In this document: positions 19,582-29,532 of the stretch, one piece after another
Position numbering within the stretch: position 1 is the stretch's first letter
Layout of the letters: each line of letters opens with the position of its first letter
Assembly: GCA_018402235.1 (NCBI GenBank)
Contig: JAGYJJ010000005.1
Location: 346,561-410,560 of the forward strand
DNA: 64,000 nucleotides
Reading direction: 5' to 3'
Source: Candidatus Nanopelagicales bacterium
GTDB taxonomy: Bacteria > Actinomycetota > Actinomycetes > S36-B12
Program-made: the position numbers and the translations under genes
The notes under the pieces: model-generated
The model's database searches: none
Seen by the model: only the letters and a program-made list of their open reading frames with translations
What the model was told of the DNA's origin: nothing

Positions 19582-20664
19582 TTAGGGGCGGATGAGGCTG
19601 GATTCGCGCACGATCAGGTACGACGGGACGACGTGAACGCGGGGTTCACGATCAGCGCTTGCCGGACCTTCGGCGGCGTCGTCGTCTGCGATTCGCTCGA
19701 ACAGCAATTCGGCGGCGCGAACGCCAATGGCCCGAGGGTCTTGCGCCACAACGGTTATCGCCGGGTCGAGCATGTCGGCCAACGCGAAATCGTCGTAGCC
19801 CACCAGCGCGATCTGGTGGTGGAGATCCGCTTCGCGCAGGGCACGGAAAACTCCCATGGCAAGAAGATTTTGCGCGGCGAAAATCGCAGTTGGCCGCTCA
19901 CCTGTCGCCAACAATCGACGTATGACATCGGTTGCAGCGTCGGCGTTGTGCAGGTTGCGGTGCACCCACTCCTGATGCACCGCGAGCCCGGCACCCGAGA
20001 GCGCGTCCAGATATCCCTCGTAGCGTTCCTGGGCGGTATCCAGGCGCAAACTGCCGCCGAGGAAGGCGATGTCGCGATGTCCGGCATCGAGCAGGTGGCG
20101 CACACCCTCGCGCGCGCCTTCTCGGTTGTTCGTCAAGACGCAATCGGCGGCCACGCCCCGGGGTGCACGATCGACGAACACCCAGGGCACGCCGATATTG
20201 CGTTCATTCCACAGTGCATTCTGATCGACTCCCGAGGGGACCACCACGAGTCCGTCGACCCTGCGTGAGGTGAAGGCGCGCACGACATCGCGCTCGCGGA
20301 CGGGGTCCTCGGCAATGCTCGCGGTCAGGACCGCCATGTTGCGACCGCGCGCGGCCTCCTCGACGCCGGCATGCACCGCCGCCGAGAACTCATTGGCAAC
20401 GTCCTCGACCATGAGCCCGACGGTGGAGGTGCGTCGGTCGGCCCGCCGGAGGTTGCTGGCGGTGAAGTCGGGGCGGTAGTCGAGTTGATCGGCCGCTCGC
20501 TGCACCTTCGAGACCAGCGCGGTCGAAACACCGGGCTCACGATTGATGACGCGTGAAACCGTTTTCAGGCTGACCCCGGCGAGGGCCGCGACGTCCCGCA
20601 TCGTGGAACGTCGATGGGGCAACGCAGGAGGTTGTGAAGACCCCCCTTGTGACAACGTTGTCAT
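19582..20664 (-). CDS. LacI-family transcriptional regulator
   Basis: TMRDVAALAGVSLKTVSRVIN HTH, VFVDR, ALVGYDD, ITVVAQDP. Confidence 0.95.
   Translation of the reverse strand: MTTLSQGGSSQPPALPHRRSTMRDVAALAGVSLKTVSRVINREPGVSTALVSKVQRAADQLDYRPDFTASNLRRADRRTSTVGLMVEDVANEFSAAVHAGVEEAARGRNMAVLTASIAEDPVRERDVVRAFTSRRVDGLVVVPSGVDQNALWNERNIGVPWVFVDRAPRGVAADCVLTNNREGAREGVRHLLDAGHRDIAFLGGSLRLDTAQERYEGYLDALSGAGLAVHQEWVHRNLHNADAATDVIRRLLATGERPTAIFAAQNLLAMGVFRALREADLHHQIALVGYDDFALADMLDPAITVVAQDPRAIGVRAAELLFERIADDDAAEGPASADREPRVHVVPSYLIVRESSLIRP
20650..20663. promoter_or_regulatory. LacI-type operator 1, overlapping the regulator start
   Basis: Perfect palindrome TGACAACGTTGTCA with central CG. Confidence 0.8.
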
Positions 20665-20753
20665 CCCCACCTTCCCCGTCGCCGATCGGGCAATTCAGTC
20701 CGAAGTCGGTCATATTCGGTCACCGGAACCGTGTCTTACCGGATTACATGCCG

Positions 20754-20766
20754 GACAACGTTGTCA
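20754..20766. promoter_or_regulatory. LacI-type operator 2
   Basis: Second copy GACAACGTTGTCA in the divergent promoter region. Confidence 0.8.
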
Positions 20767-20944
20767 TCGAATTCCGGGGAGGTAAAGAGCCCCCGCGCGA
20801 CGAATGCGCAGCAAAGCCGTAACGGTTACGTAACGAGTAGCGCGCCAGGACTGGCGCGGCAGGCCTCGGACCCGTAGAAAGACATTAGTAAGAGTCGGCC
20901 TTCCGGTCGATCACTGCACTATCAACCCCTCGAAGGGAAAACAT

Positions 20945-22114
20945 ATGTTCAAGCGCTCACAGCGCGGGAAGGCATTCACCGTCATTGCGGCGGCCGGTGC
21001 CCTTTCCGTTGTTTTGGCCGCCTGTGGTGGGTCTGACGACTCCAGCAGCGGCGATTCGGCGGCTGAAGACACAGCCACCGAAGAGACGACTGAAGAAGTT
21101 ACCGAAGAAGCCGCTGGCGGCACGGTTGCAGTTTCCTTGATCACCAAGGACTCCACCAACCCGTTCTTCGTTGCAATGCAAGCAGGCGCCCGCGAGGCTG
21201 CCTCTGAGAATGGCGTGGAACTGACCGTGGGTTCGGGCAACGCCGAAGGTGACGACCAGGGCCAGATCGATCTGATTGAGAACGCCATCGCTCAGGGCCA
21301 GGCCGGCATCCTGATCACCCCGATGTCCGTCAACGTGAACGACGCCATCAGCCGCGCCCGCGAGGCCGGTCTGTACGTCATCGCGCTGGACACCCCCACG
21401 GATCCGCCGGACGTCGTGGACATCACCTTCGCAACGGACAACTGCCTCGCAGGTGAGGCAATTGGTCAGTGGGCTGCAGGCAAGCTCAATGGCGAGAAGG
21501 CTGTCATCGCCGAGCTCGTGATCTTTGATGATCGCGTCGTGTCGGTCGACTACTGCCGCGCCAACGGCTTCCTCATCGGTATGGGCATTGACGTGCCTGT
21601 GCTCGAGGACATGCTGAGCCCGGCTAAGAGCGGTTCGTACACCACCGGTGCCGGTGGCGACTACGAGATCGCATGCCTCGAGGCCACTGGCGCCAATGAG
21701 GAAGGTGGCCGCAAGGGCATGGAGAACTGCCTGGCAGCTAACCCCGACATCAACGTCGTCTACACCATCAATGAGCCCACCGCCTTCGGTGCTGCTGTTG
21801 CCCTTGAGGCAGCTGGCCTAACCGTCGGTGAGGACGTCATCATGGTGTCCGTCGATGGTGGTCTCGCAGGTGTTCAGGCCGTCCAGGCCGGAACCATCCA
21901 GGCCACCTCGCAGCAGTACCCGCTGTTGATGGCCAAGCTGGGCGTCGAGGCGATCAAGACGATCGCTGATGGTGGCGCAGCGCCGGAGAACACATCGGCC
22001 AACGGCCAGTTCTTCGACACCGGCGTGGTGCTGTGCACGGATGATCCGCAGGACACCGTGACTTCTGCTCCGCAGGAGTCCTCGCAGTACTGCATCGACA
22101 ACGCCTGGGGCTAA
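20945..22114 (+). CDS. frcB: Sugar ABC transporter substrate-binding lipoprotein (FrcB-like)
   Basis: Lipobox LAAC; LITK..TNPFFV, IALDTP, TFATDN..AG..IGQWAA, YTINEP, QQYPLLMA. Confidence 0.85.
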   Translation: MFKRSQRGKAFTVIAAAGALSVVLAACGGSDDSSSGDSAAEDTATEETTEEVTEEAAGGTVAVSLITKDSTNPFFVAMQAGAREAASENGVELTVGSGNAEGDDQGQIDLIENAIAQGQAGILITPMSVNVNDAISRAREAGLYVIALDTPTDPPDVVDITFATDNCLAGEAIGQWAAGKLNGEKAVIAELVIFDDRVVSVDYCRANGFLIGMGIDVPVLEDMLSPAKSGSYTTGAGGDYEIACLEATGANEEGGRKGMENCLAANPDINVVYTINEPTAFGAAVALEAAGLTVGEDVIMVSVDGGLAGVQAVQAGTIQATSQQYPLLMAKLGVEAIKTIADGGAAPENTSANGQFFDTGVVLCTDDPQDTVTSAPQESSQYCIDNAWG

Positions 22115-22144
22115 ACCCTGAGCTTGTCGTAGGCAACTGACGCG

Positions 22145-22179
22145 CCGGGGGGTAGCAGCATCACGCTGCTGCCCCCCGG
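22145..22179 (+). terminator. GC-rich hairpin after the binding-protein gene
   Basis: CCGGGGGGTAGCAGC-atcac-GCTGCTGCCCCCCGG. Confidence 0.7.
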
Positions 22180-22298
22180 TCGCACTTCCATCTCAGTAAC
22201 CCAGACCGCGCACAATCTTCAGCGCACCTGTCGAAATCCGCCTACACTCCCGACAACCCCCCGCCCGCACGCACGTCAGCACCCCTGGAGGTCACCCG

Positions 22299-23354
22299 GT
22301 GAGCGCACCTGCCACCTCGGACTACAACCTCGACGAGGAATTCGCTATCAAGCGGTCCCCCATCCAGCGCCTGCAGTTCACGTTGCACCGCTACCCGTGG
22401 CTGAGTTCGCTGATCGTCCTGCTCACCGTCATCGTCATCTTCGGACTGATCAACGAGCGATTCCTCCTACCTTCGACGGTGTCGCTGATGATTCAGCAGA
22501 CGGTGATTGTCGGTACCTTGGCGATCGCTCAAACGCTGATCATCCTCACGGCAGGCATCGACCTGTCAATCGGCGCGATCATGATCTTTGGTCAGATGCT
22601 GATGGCCAACTTCGCCGTTTACACGACGGCTTCGAACGTGCTTCCGATCGCAGGTCAGAACCCCTGGATAGCCATCATCCTGGGCATCCTGGCGGCCACC
22701 GCTGCTGGAGCAGTCAACGGTTTCTTGATCGTCAGATTCAACCTGCCACCGTTCATCGTCACCCTGGGCACCTGGAGTGTTTTCATGGGCTTGACGCTGA
22801 TCTTGTTCAAGGCGCGCACCATCCAGGGCCCGGAAATGCCCGAAGAGATGAAGCTGATGGGAACGCGCTTTCCGGTTGGGCCGTTCAACCTCACCCTCGG
22901 TGTGGTCGTGATGTTCCTGCTGTTCCTGCTGTTTGCGTGGATTTTGAAGAACACCGCCTGGGGCACGCACGTGTACGCGGTCGGCGACGACCCGGTAGCA
23001 GCCCAACTCAGCGGCATCAACACCAAGCGCGTGCTCTTCAGCGTTTACCTGGTGGCCGGCGTGGTCATGGGTATCGCCGCCTGGATCACTATCGGTCGCG
23101 TGGGTTCAGCGAGTCCGAACGTCGATCCAATGCTGAACCTGCAAACCATCACCGCGGTGGTGATCGGTGGAACATCACTCTTCGGTGGTCGAGGTGCAGT
23201 GATCGGTTCGCTGCTCGGAGCTCTCATCGTCAACGCCGTGGAAATGGGTCTATCTCTTGCGGGCGTAGACCAGGCCTACCGCATCACCGCTATCGGCATG
23301 CTCGTCATTCTCGCGGTCGGCATCGACCAGTGGATCAGAAAGGTGAAGGCATGA
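22299..23354 (+). CDS. frcC: Sugar ABC transporter permease (FrcC-like)
   Basis: QTLIILTAGIDLS, LPPFIVTLGT, AVVIGGTSLFGGRG. Confidence 0.88.
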   Translation: MSAPATSDYNLDEEFAIKRSPIQRLQFTLHRYPWLSSLIVLLTVIVIFGLINERFLLPSTVSLMIQQTVIVGTLAIAQTLIILTAGIDLSIGAIMIFGQMLMANFAVYTTASNVLPIAGQNPWIAIILGILAATAAGAVNGFLIVRFNLPPFIVTLGTWSVFMGLTLILFKARTIQGPEMPEEMKLMGTRFPVGPFNLTLGVVVMFLLFLLFAWILKNTAWGTHVYAVGDDPVAAQLSGINTKRVLFSVYLVAGVVMGIAAWITIGRVGSASPNVDPMLNLQTITAVVIGGTSLFGGRGAVIGSLLGALIVNAVEMGLSLAGVDQAYRITAIGMLVILAVGIDQWIRKVKA

Positions 23355-24166
23355 GCGCGCCCACCAGTACCGAACCCATCGTCAAGGGACGGGGCCTCGT
23401 CAAGCGATTCGGCAGCGTCACCGGTTTGAACCATGCCGACTTCGATCTGTTCCCCGGCGAGGTACTTGCCGTGATCGGCGATAACGGTGCCGGTAAGTCC
23501 ACCCTCATCAAGTGCTTCGCCGGTGCGCACACGCCCGACGAGGGCGAGATGTGGGTCCAAGGCGAGAAGGTCTCCTTCAAGAGCACGCACGAGGCGCGCG
23601 ACCACGGCGTGGAAACCGTGTTCCAGACCCTCGCAGTTGCACCGGCGTTGGATATCTCCGCAAACCTCTACCTCGGACGGGAAATACGCAAGCCCGGGAT
23701 CCTCGGCAAGGTCTTCCGCCAACTCGATAAGAAGCGGATGAAGCGCGAGGCCGGTGAGCACCTGCAGGATCTGGGCATCATGACGGTGCAGAACCTCTCG
23801 CAGGCAGTTGAGACGCTGTCCGGTGGTCAGCGTCAAGCGGTGTCCGTTGCACGCGCTGCGGCATTCGGAAGCCAGGTGATCATCCTGGATGAGCCCACGG
23901 CGGCCCTCGGTGTGCGGGAATCTGCCAAGGTGCTGAATCTGATCCAGGACCTGCGCGATCGCGGCCTGTCGGTCATCTTGATTTCGCATAACATGCCCCA
24001 GGTGTTCGAGGTGGCCGATCGCGTGCACGTGCAGCGCCTCGGTCATCGCTCTGCGGTGATCACGCCCAAGACACACTCCATGAACGACGCCGTCGCGATC
24101 ATGACCGGCGCGCTCAATATTCCGGAGAACGAGCAAACACTCACGCCGGTAAACGCTCCGGCGTAG
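23351..24166 (+). CDS. frcA: Sugar ABC transporter ATP-binding protein (FrcA-like)
   Basis: GDNGAGKST, LSGGQRQ, ILDEPTAALG, ISHN; ATGA overlap with the permease. Confidence 0.9.
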   Translation: MSAPTSTEPIVKGRGLVKRFGSVTGLNHADFDLFPGEVLAVIGDNGAGKSTLIKCFAGAHTPDEGEMWVQGEKVSFKSTHEARDHGVETVFQTLAVAPALDISANLYLGREIRKPGILGKVFRQLDKKRMKREAGEHLQDLGIMTVQNLSQAVETLSGGQRQAVSVARAAAFGSQVIILDEPTAALGVRESAKVLNLIQDLRDRGLSVILISHNMPQVFEVADRVHVQRLGHRSAVITPKTHSMNDAVAIMTGALNIPENEQTLTPVNAPA

Positions 24167-24184
24167 TTGGTTGGGTTAATTCCG

Positions 24185-25193
24185 CTACACGTAGAGCGCA
24201 GGGCGGTCGGGGAGTTCGATCCCCACCGCCCTGTCGCTTGTCAGGGCTTCGATGGCTGCCCCCGACGACGCGGCTGCGGCATACCCATCCCACGTGGAGG
24301 CGCCCGCCGGGCCGCTCAGTTCCCGTAGCGAGTCAATCCACGCCTGTAGTTCTGCGCGGTAGGCCTCACCGAAGCGCCCCAGCCACTGCTCGGGGATGTC
24401 CTGTGCGCGCTGCCGCGCAGTGGTCCGAGTGATGAAGGAACCATCGCCCATATCCAAGATGCCGTCGGAGCCCACAACCTGACAGGTCACTTCGTATCCG
24501 TACCGGGCCGTCATGAACATCTCGATGGTGACCAGCACACCTGAGGTAGTGCCGTAGGTGACCAGAACCGGATCCTTCTGCCCTGCCGGGACGTCTGGTC
24601 CAGGTTTGCCTGATACAACCTGGACCCACGCATAGTCCTCACCGGTGAGCCAGCGATTGATATCGACTTCGTGGACCGCTGAGTTCGTCATGCTCAGTGC
24701 GGTGTCGAGCCCATACGGTGCGTAGGCGTTGCGATGGACGTTGTGGATCACCAGGGGTTCGCCTACCTCCCCGGCGTCAAGCGGAATTCTTCAGCGCTAC
24801 GTAACCTGGATCGAATCGGCGCATGAAGCCGAGCATGATTAATCGCCTACCGAGTGCTACCTCCGCATCGAGAACCTGCTGGGCCGCAGAAAGCGTCGGT
24901 GCCAGTGGCTTTTCCAGCATCACCGGCTTGCCTACAGCAAGACAGGCGAGGGCTTGTTCGGCATGCAGATCATCGGGACTGGCAATCACCACAGCGTCAA
25001 CGTCGTCGTCCTCAATCACCGCCTGCGCCGAGGGAAGTGCCCGTGCGTCGATATCGATAGCAAGGCCCTGGGCTCGGTCAGCAGCAACATCGAAAACGGC
25101 CACAACCGAGCTGCCCGACACCTCCCGTGCCAGCGACAGCGCGTGCGCTGTACCGATATTCCCGGTTCCAATCACTCCCACACGGATGGTCAT
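24185..25193 (-). CDS. iolG: Gfo/Idh/MocA oxidoreductase, inositol 2-dehydrogenase-like (frameshift near 24785)
   Basis: GVIGTGNIG, EKPLA, GFMRRFDPGY, then HRN, NSAVHEVD, YGYEV, GASTWDGY. Confidence 0.8.
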
Positions 25194-25251
25194 AGCGGCA
25201 TTGTGCAGCACTTCGGTCTACGCATTCGCAAACCGGCACTAGCCTTGCCTT

Positions 25252-26106
25252 GTGCCCGGATTCCTCAGCGAACTGACAGGTTCGTTCTCCACGTCATCCG
25301 CGCAAAACCCAACAGTCGCGATCATGGAAGCCGCGTACGCGGATGCCGGTCTTGATGTCCGCTACATCAACTGTGAGGTTCCCCCTGCTCGGCTCGCCGA
25401 TGCGGTGCGCGGCGCCATCGGCATGGGGTGGCTCGGTTTCAACTGCTCTATTCCCCACAAGCAGGCGATCATCGACTACTTGGACGAACTCGCGCCCAGC
25501 GCGCGGATCATCGGCGCGGTCAACACGGTGATCAACAAAGACGGTCACCTCACGGGTGAGAACACCGACGGTCAAGGATTCGTGGAGTCCTTGCGGACGG
25601 TCGCTGACCCGGCCGGCAAGCAGTTCGTCATCTTTGGAGCTGGTGGGGCCGCGCGGGCCATCGCGGTCGAATCGGCATTGGCCGGCGCCCGCAGCATGAC
25701 CATCGTGAATAGAACCGTCGAACGCGGCGAGGAACTCGCATCACTCGTGGATTCGCATACGCCCGCCAGCGCCCGCTTCGAACCGTGGACACCGGACTTC
25801 GCGATCCCCGAGGGCACGGACATTGTCATCAATGCCACCTCGATCGGCTTCCACCCGAACGCCGACCAGACCCTGGACGTGGACCCCAACACATTTGTTT
25901 CTGGCATGGTCGTTGCGGATGTAGTTGCCAATCCGCCCATGACGCGCTGGCTCACCGCGGCGCAGGCCGCAGGCTGCACACCGCTCACCGGTCTGGGCAT
26001 GCTCGTTAACCAGGCGCTGGTGAACGCCCGTCTGTGGACCGGCCAGACGCTCAATGCAACGGTCATGCACACTGCACTCGAACAAGCACTCGATATCCGC
26101 AACTGA
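25252..26106 (+). CDS. aroE: Shikimate/quinate dehydrogenase family protein
   Basis: GFNCSIPHK, IGAVNT, NTDG.GF, GAGGAARA, INATSIG, GLGMLVNQ. Confidence 0.88.
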   Translation: MPGFLSELTGSFSTSSAQNPTVAIMEAAYADAGLDVRYINCEVPPARLADAVRGAIGMGWLGFNCSIPHKQAIIDYLDELAPSARIIGAVNTVINKDGHLTGENTDGQGFVESLRTVADPAGKQFVIFGAGGAARAIAVESALAGARSMTIVNRTVERGEELASLVDSHTPASARFEPWTPDFAIPEGTDIVINATSIGFHPNADQTLDVDPNTFVSGMVVADVVANPPMTRWLTAAQAAGCTPLTGLGMLVNQALVNARLWTGQTLNATVMHTALEQALDIRN

Positions 26107-26155
26107 GATCCGCACCCAAAGAGAAGACCCCTAAAGAAGTCACGAGGAGAAAAAC

Positions 26156-27193
26156 GTGGAAACTGCTGCCTACGCCGCCATGTCCGCCGGAGCACCCCTG
26201 GAGCCGCACACCATCGAGCGTCGGGACCTGCGTCCGCACGATGTGCTGATCGATATTAAGTACTCAGGCATCTGCCACTCGGATATCCACCAGGCGCGCG
26301 AGGAGTGGTTCACGTCGATTTTCCCGATGGTCCCTGGCCACGAGATCGCCGGAATCGTCAGTGCCGTGGGCAGTGATGTCACGGACTTCAAGCCCGGCGA
26401 CCGCGTGGGCGTTGGTGTGTTCGTTGGCGCCTGCATGGAGTGCGACAACTGCAAGCGTGGCTTGGAGAACTACTGCTTCAAGGGCTTTGTTCCGACCTAT
26501 AACGGCAAGGACTACGAGGGAACCGTTATGCACGGCGGTTACTCGTCGGCGATTGTCGTGGAAGACCACTACGTCCTGCACATTCCCGATGGCATCGAAC
26601 TTGATGTCGCTGCACCGCTGCTGTGCGCCGGCATCACCACCTACTCACCGCTGCGCGAGTGGGGGGCCGGTCCGGGTAAGAAGGTCGGCATCATGGGCCT
26701 GGGCGGACTCGGCCACATGGGCGTCAAGCATGCGCACGCCATGGGCGCAGAGGTCACACTCATTTCGCATTCACCCAGCAAGGAAGAGGACGCCAAGCGC
26801 CTCGGCGCTGATCACTTCCTGCTGCTGAGCGATAAGCAAGCGATGAAGGACAACGCAATGACCTTCGACCTAATCGTCAACACTGTCTCTGCGCCTATCG
26901 ACCTGAATCCAGTGATCAATCTCCTCGCAACCGACGGCACGATGGCCTACGTAGGGCTACCGGATAAGCCGCTGGAGATGAGCATCTTCCCGCTCAACAT
27001 GCAGCGCCGCCGGATCGCCGGCTCCAATATCGGCGGCATCCGCGAAACCCAGGAGATGTTGGATTTCTGCGCCGAGCATGGCTACGCATCGGACGTGGAA
27101 GTCATCAGTGCCGACCAGATCAACGAAGCGTGGGAGCGCGTGGTGAACAGCGATGTTCGCTACCGCTTCGTGATCGACGCCTCCACCTTCTAG
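26156..27193 (+). CDS. Zn-dependent NADP alcohol dehydrogenase (AdhC/YahK/cinnamyl-alcohol type)
   Basis: GICHSD, GHEIAG, C..C..C.......C, APLLCAGIT, GLGGLG, VRYRFVID. Confidence 0.95.
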   Translation: METAAYAAMSAGAPLEPHTIERRDLRPHDVLIDIKYSGICHSDIHQAREEWFTSIFPMVPGHEIAGIVSAVGSDVTDFKPGDRVGVGVFVGACMECDNCKRGLENYCFKGFVPTYNGKDYEGTVMHGGYSSAIVVEDHYVLHIPDGIELDVAAPLLCAGITTYSPLREWGAGPGKKVGIMGLGGLGHMGVKHAHAMGAEVTLISHSPSKEEDAKRLGADHFLLLSDKQAMKDNAMTFDLIVNTVSAPIDLNPVINLLATDGTMAYVGLPDKPLEMSIFPLNMQRRRIAGSNIGGIRETQEMLDFCAEHGYASDVEVISADQINEAWERVVNSDVRYRFVIDASTF

Positions 27194-27213
27194 GTCCCCC
27201 TCCTCCCCCCGAG

Positions 27214-27302
27214 CACTTTCCGCCAGGGTCTGGCCGAAACACCGTCGATCCGCCAGGAACGGGCTGTTTGTGTCACTTTCGGCCAGACCCTGGCGGAAAG
27301 TG
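27214..27302. repeat. REP/MITE-like palindromic element, copy 1
   Basis: Perfect 26-bp inverted repeat CACTTTCCGCCAGGGTCTGGCCGAAA (27214-27239 / 27277-27302) between convergent genes. Confidence 0.85.
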
Positions 27303-27309
27303 ACGTCGG

Positions 27310-28156
27310 TTAGCGACGTAAGAGCGGACGGGTGAGACATGTTGGCCCACCCTCACCCTTGCTGATCTCGCTGGCCTCGTACACGTGCACCTCCACGCCG
27401 TGGTTGCGCAGTAGTTCAACAGTTGCGTCATTTCCGGACGCGATAACCACCACGCCGGGCCGGACGGTGAGCACATTGCAGCCCAACGTTGCGTAATCGG
27501 CTTCCGGAAGCGGCACCAGTTCCACGCCACGTGAGCGCAATGCCTCGAGCAACCGAATCGGCGCAAGGCGCTCGTACACCACGGCGAGGTCCTCACGGAC
27601 CGGTGAGACCAACACTCATCAAATGCAAGCAGTATTCCGGGCCCATGTCGTGCGGAAGGTCGAATGCCTCGATCGTGACTACCGGCTCGAGCATGTCGCG
27701 CAGTTGCGCGATGGCGGCGTCGTTTGTTCGATACGAGCGACCCACCGCGAGGGTGTGATCGTCCAGCCAGAACATATCCCCGCCGTCGGCTGTGGCCTCA
27801 CCGGTCAAACGCCCGATCAGCGGAACGCCAAGCGCCTGCAACTCTCCAGCTAACAAAGGTGGTTCGCCAGCACGTACCGCTTTGCCTCCCTGCAATTCGA
27901 TGAATCCATCACCCACCACGAAGCACGGGTCGTAGGTGAAGATCGCATCGGGCATACCGTCCACTGGATCCAGGTGAACAACCTCGCACCCCAGACGCTC
28001 GAGCAGCGCCACGAACTGCGAGTGCTGCTCGGCCAAGAGATCTAAGTTCAGCGGCTGCGCCCAATGGGCAACCGCGTAGTCACCACGCATCGACGGAGGT
28101 CGGACAGCCACCGATGCCAACTCTTTGACCATTGATGTCACGCCGAAATCGCTCAC
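27310..28156 (-). CDS. Amidinotransferase/dimethylargininase-superfamily protein (frameshift near 27610)
   Basis: PDAIFTYD, R.GE, DGGD, LHLMS, GCNVL, C-terminal GEGGPTCLTRP (catalytic Cys). Confidence 0.88.
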
Positions 28157-28647
28157 TGACTCTCCTGTTCACGCGCGCGCAAGGAGGCGACCATACGAGA
28201 TAGCCGCACGTTGTTACCGCGCAGGATCACCAGGAACGGAATGTTGACCGTTACCGCGATCATCGCACCAGCCAGGGTCATCCACCAAGGATTAAAGAAC
28301 ACCAGCGGCAGCCAGGTGAGCATCGACAAGTAGTGCACCCAGATCGCCCGGCGTACCTCCACCAGATACCGCTCGAGGGAGGCCACATCGCGGCCGGGCA
28401 CCTCGTTCTTGCTGCGCCCACCGAATACCTCACCGAACTCCGGCAACCGGTGGGCAAGTCGAGCCACGCCCAACCGGCGATAGAACCCCGGTGTTTCCCA
28501 TCGGCGCGGCCGAGTGACCCACGAATCAGTTCGAAGCCATCGGTCCGGCCAGCGAGGTGCCGCGGCTCCGATCAGGACGGACAAACCTGCGATGATCGCG
28601 ATGTCGATGACGCCGAGCAGCACGAAGCCACTCAGTGAATCACTCAC
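28153..28647 (-). CDS. CrtO-like (glycosyl-carotenoid acyltransferase family) membrane protein
   Basis: FYRRLGV...RLP, E.RRA.WVH, NIPF..ILR.N..RL. Confidence 0.65.
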   Translation of the reverse strand: MSDSLSGFVLLGVIDIAIIAGLSVLIGAAAPRWPDRWLRTDSWVTRPRRWETPGFYRRLGVARLAHRLPEFGEVFGGRSKNEVPGRDVASLERYLVEVRRAIWVHYLSMLTWLPLVFFNPWWMTLAGAMIAVTVNIPFLVILRGNNVRLSRMVASLRAREQESQ

Positions 28648-28648
28648 G

Positions 28649-28733
28649 CGGCGAGGGAGGGATTTGAACCCCCGGAGGGTTTCCCCTCGGGCGCTTTCAA
28701 GGCGCCTGCAATCGGCCGCTCTGCCACCTCGCC
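28649..28733 (-). tRNA. tRNA-Ser(TGA), CCA not encoded
   Basis: GGCGAGGTGGCAGAGCGGCCGATTGCAGGCGCCTTGAAAGCGCC...GGTTCAAATCCCTCCCTCGCCG; long variable arm. Confidence 0.95.
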
Positions 28734-28779
28734 TGAGGGGATAAAGGTAGTACGTGGGGCGCCGCTCACGACGACGCCA

Positions 28780-29505
28780 TCACGCCGCAACGGGTAACCC
28801 GGGGACTTCCACCTCGACGTCGTCCACCCACACGTACAACCGACCGCTGGTAACGGTCACCTCGTGGCAATGCCCACCACTGGAGTGATCGCGGGAAATA
28901 CCGTGCAGGTGTAGTCCAGGGATCACCACGTCGTCGGCAACATCCGGAAAACGAAATCCGGCAAGCGTTCCTTGCCACGGCGCAAACTCGAACCGCACCT
29001 CACCGGTAACAGATCCGGGGCTTCCCAACGGTTGATAGGGCGGGGTCTGACCGTGTTCACTGCGCAACAGCACATGCGAGAAATCACCCACCACTTTCAC
29101 GGCTGCCACGAGGTAATCGTGGTGCTGTGTTTCCGCAGCGAGTACCGAGTCCACGAGCGCAGTGATGTCCGCAAAACCGGCACCTTCGGGTACCTCGCGG
29201 GTAACTGCTTCGCCGCCGAAGGCGGCCACCGCAAAGGGCATGCCCAATTCGGGCGGCGCCACGCGAGGAATGCCATCGGCAGGTATATGCCAGGTAGTGC
29301 CGTCTACGTGGACGATCTCGCCATCGACTGCCTCGGCAACTCCAAGCCCGACGACGGCACCGTCGAATGTCTCGCCAACGGTCGTGACGGAGTTATAGCG
29401 ACCAGCAAAGAGATCATGCATGGTTTCGATCTGTCGGATGTGACCTGAATGATCACGAGGATGCGCACCCTGCTTCGACTGATGAATCGCTGTTGCCAGG
29501 GACAT
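28780..29505 (-). CDS. Alpha-acetolactate decarboxylase family protein
   Basis: GLG....DGE, PFAV, Q.PPY.PL, GTL.GFRFP, PGLHLH...GGH Zn ligands. Confidence 0.8.
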   Translation of the reverse strand: MSLATAIHQSKQGAHPRDHSGHIRQIETMHDLFAGRYNSVTTVGETFDGAVVGLGVAEAVDGEIVHVDGTTWHIPADGIPRVAPPELGMPFAVAAFGGEAVTREVPEGAGFADITALVDSVLAAETQHHDYLVAAVKVVGDFSHVLLRSEHGQTPPYQPLGSPGSVTGEVRFEFAPWQGTLAGFRFPDVADDVVIPGLHLHGISRDHSSGGHCHEVTVTSGRLYVWVDDVEVEVPGLPVAA

Positions 29506-29532
29506 GTTGATCATGTCGCCTCCTACGCTGGT

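Noticed and set aside
22397-23350. Apparent 589-aa ABC ATPase fusion (likewise the 41895, 45241 and 956 upstream extensions)
   Set aside because: These are open off-frames of high-GC DNA overlapping real genes; the true starts are downstream.
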